A DNA stretch of 53,069 nucleotides, from positions 1-53,069 of the IMG/VR virus record IMGVR_UViG_3300033145_002955; one strand, written 5' to 3'. A program made the position numbers and the translations under genes. This document shows positions 48,015-53,069 of the stretch, piece after piece (the stretch's first letter is position 1; each line of letters opens with the position of its first letter). The notes beneath the pieces were generated by a model that saw only the letters and a list, made by a program, of their open reading frames with translations, searched no databases and had not been told where the DNA came from. The DNA is from a virus. Its lineage: Duplodnaviria; Caudoviricetes.

Positions 48015-48062
48015 TTGTTGAGTGATTGAGTCATTGATGAAATCAAAAAAGGAGGCTAAATT

Positions 48063-48767
48063 ATGTTTGGACAGGAATTGGTTCAGAACATGGGGATTGT
48101 TCCGATTCCCGCTCAGGACCTTGATGATGCTGCTGTGAAGAGCGAATGGATTTCGCTGAGAAATTACGGTCATGCCACCGTTGTCATCAATGTTGGTGAC
48201 ACTGCAGGAGGCACGTTCACCGTCACTTTTCAAGAGGCGAAGGATAACAGCGGTACCGGTGCGCAAACCCTTTCCTACGGGAAATACTACGCAACCGGGC
48301 AGAGGCTGAAAATCGGTTCCGTGTCGGGAAAGTTCTCGGAGGGTGAAACCATCACCGGCGGCACGAGCGGCCTCACCGCTTACGTCTATGCAATCTCAAA
48401 TGACGAGCTGCTTGTCATTCCTCTGACCGGAGGGACGACTTGGACTGATGGCGAAACCATCACCGGTGGGACCAGCGGGGCGACTGCTGTGGTCAGCGGC
48501 ACCGGTCAGGATGAGGACATTCTGCTTGACAGAACGTGCTCCTCGACCTTCACCGTTCCCGCCGTCACTTTCAAGACGTATGTCATTGAAGTTGACGCCG
48601 AGGATTTGACGGTTGAAGACGGTTACGACCATTTCCGAGTGTGTCTGTCCGACCCGGGAGCGGCTACGCTGGCCGGCGGATTTGTCATTCTGTCCGGTGC
48701 AAGGCAGAAGGGTCTGCCGATGCCTTCGGCGATTGGCGCACAAAAAATAAGTGCCACAAATACGTAA
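48063..48767 (+). CDS. Capsid decoration / head protein
   Basis: Follows the MCP; duplicated GETITGGTSG motif. Confidence 0.55.
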   Translation: MFGQELVQNMGIVPIPAQDLDDAAVKSEWISLRNYGHATVVINVGDTAGGTFTVTFQEAKDNSGTGAQTLSYGKYYATGQRLKIGSVSGKFSEGETITGGTSGLTAYVYAISNDELLVIPLTGGTTWTDGETITGGTSGATAVVSGTGQDEDILLDRTCSSTFTVPAVTFKTYVIEVDAEDLTVEDGYDHFRVCLSDPGAATLAGGFVILSGARQKGLPMPSAIGAQKISATNT

Positions 48768-48789
48768 TCTAAAAACGGAGGAGTGAAAA

Positions 48790-49053
48790 ATGGCACTGTA
48801 CAAATTGCAAAGGGACTGGAAGCATTTCAGTGCTGGTCAAATCATTGACATCAGTGCTCCCTCTGCCTTGGAGGCTATGAAAGGGGATGCTGACGGTCCT
48901 ATTGGAGTGCCTTATGTCGAAGAGAAAAAGGTGGTAACCGAAACCGAAAGGGAAACAAGGGGGAGGACTTCAAAATCTAAAAGGTCTTCGAGAAAGCGAG
49001 TTTCGAGGAAGACGAAAGCGGGGAGTCCTCCCGCTACAAAAAGGAGGAGCTGA
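48790..49053 (+). CDS. Small head-region protein with basic tail
   Basis: SD GGAGGAG; Arg/Lys/Ser-rich C-terminus. Confidence 0.65.
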   Translation: MALYKLQRDWKHFSAGQIIDISAPSALEAMKGDADGPIGVPYVEEKKVVTETERETRGRTSKSKRSSRKRVSRKTKAGSPPATKRRS

Positions 49054-49232
49054 TGAAAATCATTCTGACAGACGAATGGATGAACCGCAAAAAGGGAACG
49101 GTCATGAATTTGACCGAACCGATGGCGCTGTCTTTGATTAGCAGGGGAGTGGCAAAAGCATTCGTTGAGAAAACGGGTGTCAAGCGCCTTGTGAAAACAA
49201 GGATGGTCGAAACTGCTCCCGTAGAGAAATAA
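49053..49232 (+). CDS. 59-aa protein resembling the ribosomal L9 N-domain pattern (not in ORF track)
   Basis: SD AGGAGGAG; MKIILTDEWMNRKKGTVMNLTEPMALSLISRGVA. Confidence 0.65.
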   Translation: MKIILTDEWMNRKKGTVMNLTEPMALSLISRGVAKAFVEKTGVKRLVKTRMVETAPVEK

Positions 49233-49243
49233 GGAGGTTGTAA

Positions 49244-50143
49244 ATGGGAACTAAAACGCCTTTATTTGTGAGACGGGCGGTCGGAGGCATGTTTACCGTT
49301 GTGGATGAACGTTTGGGCTCCGGAAATATTTACTGGGTCCATAACACTGGGACGGATTCACCCGGGAATGGCAGCAACCCCGACTCTCCTCTCGCCACGA
49401 TTGATTATGCTATCGGTCTTTGTACCGCAAATCAAGGGGATGTGATTTATGTGCTCCCCGGACATGAGGAAACGGTTACATCAGCAATCACTTGCGATGT
49501 CGCCGGTGTGTCGATTGTCGGGATTGGAGAAGGTTTGTTGAGACCGAAGGTGACCGGGAACGGGACGATTGACGTTTTCAATGTCACTGCGGCGAATGTG
49601 CGAATTGAGAACATTCAGTTTCCGGCACCTGAAACCGACAATCAAACGTCCGACATCAACATTGCCGCCGCCGGGTGTGTGGTGAGAAACACTTATCATA
49701 TCGGTTCGCAGACGGCGAAAAACAAGACCGACATCATCACCATCACGGCAGCAGGAAATGACTTCCTTATCGATGGTGTCCGAGTTTACAACACCACCGT
49801 TGATTGTGTCTCCGCAATTTCGATAGAGGGGGCATGTGCAAGGGGTGAAATCAGAAATTGCAACATTCAGGGAACCTTCAGCACTGCGGCATTGATGGAT
49901 GAGGATACGGCAACTCTGCTTTACATTCATGATTGTATTTTCAAGAACACGAAGGCGGGGGTTGCATGTGTCAGTTTCTCCAACAATTCAACCGGGGTGA
50001 CCAGCAAGTGCTTCATTTCGGGCAGACATACGACGCTCGCCAGCAACTTTGCGACCGGTACCGGGATGGATTGTCATGAGACAAGGGTTGTTGAGGAGGC
50101 TGGAGTCAACGGTGCTGTGATTCCTGTGGCGGATACTGATTGA
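49244..50143 (+). CDS. Right-handed beta-helix protein (head spike / depolymerase-like)
   Basis: PLATIDYAI..C..NQGDVIYVLPGH cap followed by V.I.N beta-helix rungs. Confidence 0.72.
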   Translation: MGTKTPLFVRRAVGGMFTVVDERLGSGNIYWVHNTGTDSPGNGSNPDSPLATIDYAIGLCTANQGDVIYVLPGHEETVTSAITCDVAGVSIVGIGEGLLRPKVTGNGTIDVFNVTAANVRIENIQFPAPETDNQTSDINIAAAGCVVRNTYHIGSQTAKNKTDIITITAAGNDFLIDGVRVYNTTVDCVSAISIEGACARGEIRNCNIQGTFSTAALMDEDTATLLYIHDCIFKNTKAGVACVSFSNNSTGVTSKCFISGRHTTLASNFATGTGMDCHETRVVEEAGVNGAVIPVADTD

Positions 50144-50181
50144 TGAGTTTCCTCATTTTTCATCATTCCCCTTGGTGAAAA

Positions 50182-50247
50182 GGGAGGGTCCTTTTAAGGT
50201 GGAGACCATTGTTGATTGCTCTTCTGCGCAAAAGAAGGGACCCTCCC
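50182..50247. other. Long-stem intergenic structure
   Basis: GGGAGGGTCCTT pairs with AGGGACCCTCCC around an inner region of about 40 nt. Confidence 0.7.
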
Positions 50248-50266
50248 ATAAAAAAGGAGTTTTGGA

Positions 50267-50944
50267 ATGAAAAATAAAATCGTTTACATAGCGTTGATTC
50301 TCGCTGTGTTGAGTCTCGGGTTTTCACTACAATCGTCATACAAATACTTCGTCGGCGATTCCTCCGGGACGAAACCCACACTGCTGTCCCGGGACGTCGG
50401 GAGCAAGCTGTATGAGACCGATACGGGCATGACCTACATTTGGGATGGGTCCGAATGGACGGAGGATTTCAGCGACATCACGTTTGCTCTGAAGGAGACA
50501 CTTTTCGGGCGTTATTATTTCTGCTCAAGCTCGGACACGCTCGCCAACGGGGACACCCTTTACGTTGCATTCGTAGCTCCTGATTCCACAAAGTTGGCAT
50601 CGGCGGTTATAAATTTGTTTTCCACCGGCGTTACTCACTTTGGATTTTACGAAGGTGCCTCCGTTTCAAACGGCGACACGTTGAGCACATTCAACGGTAA
50701 CAGGAATTCGGCAAATACGGCGAGCTCTCTCGTGATTGATTCCCCTACCGTATCCTCTACGGGGACACTACTTGCAGAGCAGGCATGGGGCACCAATACG
50801 CATTTTTATTCAGTTGCGGGACAGGCCTCTCAAGACCAGAGGCTGCTGATGAAATTGGATTCCACGTATTTGATAGAGGTCATTTCCGGTTCGGATGATA
50901 ATTATTTGACGTTCTATCTTCATTGGTTTGAAAGGGAATTGTGA
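50267..50944 (+). CDS. Virion appendage-like protein with N-terminal signal/anchor
   Basis: MKNK + hydrophobic helix; GSKLYETDTG..YIWDGSEW fibre-type motif. Confidence 0.6.
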   Translation: MKNKIVYIALILAVLSLGFSLQSSYKYFVGDSSGTKPTLLSRDVGSKLYETDTGMTYIWDGSEWTEDFSDITFALKETLFGRYYFCSSSDTLANGDTLYVAFVAPDSTKLASAVINLFSTGVTHFGFYEGASVSNGDTLSTFNGNRNSANTASSLVIDSPTVSSTGTLLAEQAWGTNTHFYSVAGQASQDQRLLMKLDSTYLIEVISGSDDNYLTFYLHWFEREL

Positions 50945-51519
50945 TGTCATACTGTACTCCTGAATATGCCAAAGCGCTTTTGGGCACCGAGATTCCACAG
51001 GAGTTGCTGGATGAAGCTCAACAATTGATTCATTCGGTGACGGAATACAGGTGGGAAGCAACTACGGTGACCGAGACGTTTTCGTCGAAGGACATCGGGA
51101 TGCCAATCAGCACTGATATAATCGACATCACAAATGACGTTTCGATTTTCTTGAAGATGCCCATTCAAGAGATTTCATCGTTTGTTGTGGATGGTGAGGA
51201 CATGGAGGAGGGTGTTGATTATGAAGTTAGGGGGGACATCGGCGAAGTGAGACTCATCACGTCGATTTCAACCGGAGGAACTTCCATATCGGGAACGGGG
51301 GACATTGAAATCACATACACCTACGGTTACGGCTCGGACCATAAATATTTCAAGCTGATACAGGGAATTGAGGCAAGGATAGCATTGCTTTTGAAGAACA
51401 ATCCGTTGATGCTTGCGGAAATCGATTTGCAAGGAGACAGGACGAATTATTCCGGTGTACTTGATGCGCTGTTGAAGAAAGTGCCGAAACTTCCAAGAAT
51501 GGGAGTGCTGGGGAAATGA
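50941..51519 (+). CDS. Head-tail adaptor
   Basis: YCTPE N-terminus, IEITYTYGY; synteny. Confidence 0.7.
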   Translation: MMSYCTPEYAKALLGTEIPQELLDEAQQLIHSVTEYRWEATTVTETFSSKDIGMPISTDIIDITNDVSIFLKMPIQEISSFVVDGEDMEEGVDYEVRGDIGEVRLITSISTGGTSISGTGDIEITYTYGYGSDHKYFKLIQGIEARIALLLKNNPLMLAEIDLQGDRTNYSGVLDALLKKVPKLPRMGVLGK

Positions 51520-51887
51520 GCGTCTTCGAGTTGATTGATACGTGTGAGATACAAAGAAGGAAAAGCACAGAGGACTATGGAGGGGCTGGGGCGGATGAAT
51601 ATTACACCTATGCCACGGAGGTTCCATGTTTGCTGATTGAGGACCCCGGCAGAATCATTGTCAAGCAGGATTTTGGCAGGGATGTCTCATGTGATGCAAT
51701 CGTGAGATTGGAGGAGGCAATTCAGGCTACTGATTTGTTGGTCATCAATGGTTACAAATATGAACCCGTCACCGTGCTACCGGTCAGAGATAGAATCACG
51801 AATCAAATCAGGTATTACAGGGCACCGTTGAAGCGGGTGGCTGAAACATCGGATGCTGTGGAACAGCAGGAACCCGTCATCAAATAA
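51516..51887 (+). CDS. Head closure protein
   Basis: TCEIQR...DYGG...VPC...DLLVINGYKY. Confidence 0.65.
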   Translation: MSVFELIDTCEIQRRKSTEDYGGAGADEYYTYATEVPCLLIEDPGRIIVKQDFGRDVSCDAIVRLEEAIQATDLLVINGYKYEPVTVLPVRDRITNQIRYYRAPLKRVAETSDAVEQQEPVIK

Positions 51888-51906
51888 ATGGAATGGAGGC
51901 GATGAT

Positions 51907-52059
51907 ATGAAAACGAGGCTTCAATTGATACAGGGTTATATGAATGGAACATTGACGGCAAAGGAGAAACGGATTGCCGAAATGAATCATGTGGTAATGG
52001 CTGAAGTCAAGAGGCTTGAGAAAAGCAAGAACAAAACAAAAATCAGGAGGAAGAAATAA
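51907..52059 (+). CDS. Small basic protein
   Basis: SD GGAGG; coupled to the next gene. Confidence 0.5.
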   Translation: MKTRLQLIQGYMNGTLTAKEKRIAEMNHVVMAEVKRLEKSKNKTKIRRKK

Positions 52060-52598
52060 TGGCTGACCTGAAACTTGAGAATCTTCCCGGGACCGGTCCT
52101 ATCATCAGGGCGGACATGGGTGCAGGAACAAGGGCGACTGCTGACTTCATTGTGTACAAGAAGGATGGTTCGGAGGTTTTTAGTGTCGATTATCAGGGGC
52201 TCCCGGACCCCGGTGGCAATCAAGCGAAGCGGCAGGTCCTTATAAGTCTCGGTGATATCCCGGCCGATGCTGATGCTCTTGAGAATTTCCTTGTTGAGTT
52301 CAGAGCGGGGGTGAACATCGAGAAGGTTCAGTTGTGCATTGACACCGACACCGGGGATGGAACGACAAATCGGCAGAACATCACAATCAAAAGGAGTTCT
52401 GATGACGGGCAGGTTGTTTCATACACAACTCCCACAGACAATCCTGCTTTGTCCGCCGCTACGTGGACGGATATGGGAACGGTTACAAATGCCGCATTGT
52501 CAAACGGGGAGTACTTGTATGCTACATACACGAAAACAGCATCGGGACTTGCCCTTTCAGGGCTTGCTATCCTGATTGATTATACCATGACCTCATAA
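52059..52598 (+). CDS. Virion protein paralogous to the junction-spanning gene
   Basis: AKRQVLISLGDIPADAD vs AKRYVQLGLGDIPADAD. Confidence 0.7.
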   Translation: MADLKLENLPGTGPIIRADMGAGTRATADFIVYKKDGSEVFSVDYQGLPDPGGNQAKRQVLISLGDIPADADALENFLVEFRAGVNIEKVQLCIDTDTGDGTTNRQNITIKRSSDDGQVVSYTTPTDNPALSAATWTDMGTVTNAALSNGEYLYATYTKTASGLALSGLAILIDYTMTS

Positions 52599-52614
52599 TT
52601 CGGGAGGAAATACG

Positions 52615-53069
52615 ATGGCAATACTTGATTTCGAGGACACTTTCGGAAACGACCCTTGTATCGATGTGAACATCACAAACAAACGTGATTTCTGTTCATA
52701 TTACAATGGGGGCGTCAACAAGTTCCGAATCACGAAAGACGGATTTTTCTACACTACCAGCGGATGGGCGAAACGATACGTCCAACTTGGTTTGGGGGAC
52801 ATTCCCGCCGATGCCGATGATTATGCTTTTCCTCTGTTCGTTGCAAACGTTCCGGTCACCATCACGAATGTGGAAATTGCTACGGACACTACGGTTTCGG
52901 CGGATGCGGACAATTATCAAACAATCCGTCTGTATCAATCCGGTTCTTCAACGTCAATCGCTGATGCTATGACCACCAATTCCACCGGATTTACGAAACA
53001 CGTTCCTCGTGCTTTCAGCAACATTTCGAGTTCGCTGGGTTCGCTTGGTGCCGGGACATCGCTGTATTT
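52615..53069 (+). CDS. 5' part of the junction-spanning virion protein
   Basis: SD GGAGG, ATG 52615, open to the window end and continuing into 1-769. Confidence 0.85.
   Translation, partial: MAILDFEDTFGNDPCIDVNITNKRDFCSYYNGGVNKFRITKDGFFYTTSGWAKRYVQLGLGDIPADADDYAFPLFVANVPVTITNVEIATDTTVSADADNYQTIRLYQSGSSTSIADAMTTNSTGFTKHVPRAFSNISSSLGSLGAGTSLY
52956..53069. repeat. Terminal direct repeat, copy 2
   Basis: Identical to 1-114. Confidence 0.97.

Noticed and set aside
42812-48266. Long antisense ORFs (444, 343 and 400 aa) opposite portal, protease and capsid genes
   Set aside because: They mirror well-supported + strand genes, have no recognisable motifs and are explained by codon bias on the coding strand
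50182-50260. Canonical preQ1-I riboswitch call
   Set aside because: Stem and loop are much longer than the consensus and the conserved loop nucleotides are not evident; kept only as an unclassified structure
52956-53069. 114-bp terminal repeat as a biological DTR or att site
   Set aside because: It falls mid-gene and the reading frame continues across it, as expected for an assembly overlap of a circular contig
1-53069. Alternative genetic code, tRNAs, integrase, introns or inteins
   Set aside because: Core genes are full length in the standard code, intergenic gaps are short, and I recognised no such motifs by eye; tRNAscan and HMM searches would be needed to exclude them formally

Overview
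This window appears to be a complete, circularly permuted genome of a tailed dsDNA bacteriophage with siphovirus-type gene order. The first 114 bp recur exactly at 52956-53069, giving a 52,955-bp circle, and one gene spans the junction. Layout: (i) 40.6-53 kb plus 1-11.6 kb (+): packaging, HK97-type head, head appendages, neck, tail, a 7-repeat receptor-binding protein and lysis. (ii) 11.8-23.7 kb (-): small early genes, primase, SNF2 helicase, a 7-deazaguanine DNA-modification cluster (queD-queE-queC-folE-dpdA-like, ParB-like, HPRT) and a DnaB-like helicase. (iii) 23.9-40.5 kb (+): clamp, UDG-fused family A polymerase, clamp loader, SSB, RecA, RuvC, split SbcC/SbcD and many small ORFs. I saw no integrase, repressor, tRNA, CRISPR array or reverse transcriptase, so it is probably lytic. 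The most notable observations are a purine phosphoribosyltransferase inside the preQ0/DpdA operon, a bipartite ~90-bp non-coding element present twice in inverted orientation ~20.6 kb apart, a likely +1 frameshift (CCC-TTT-CGT) in the tail chaperone, a modular prohead-protease polyprotein and duplicated early-promoter cassettes. All product calls come from motif recognition by eye; no database searches were run.
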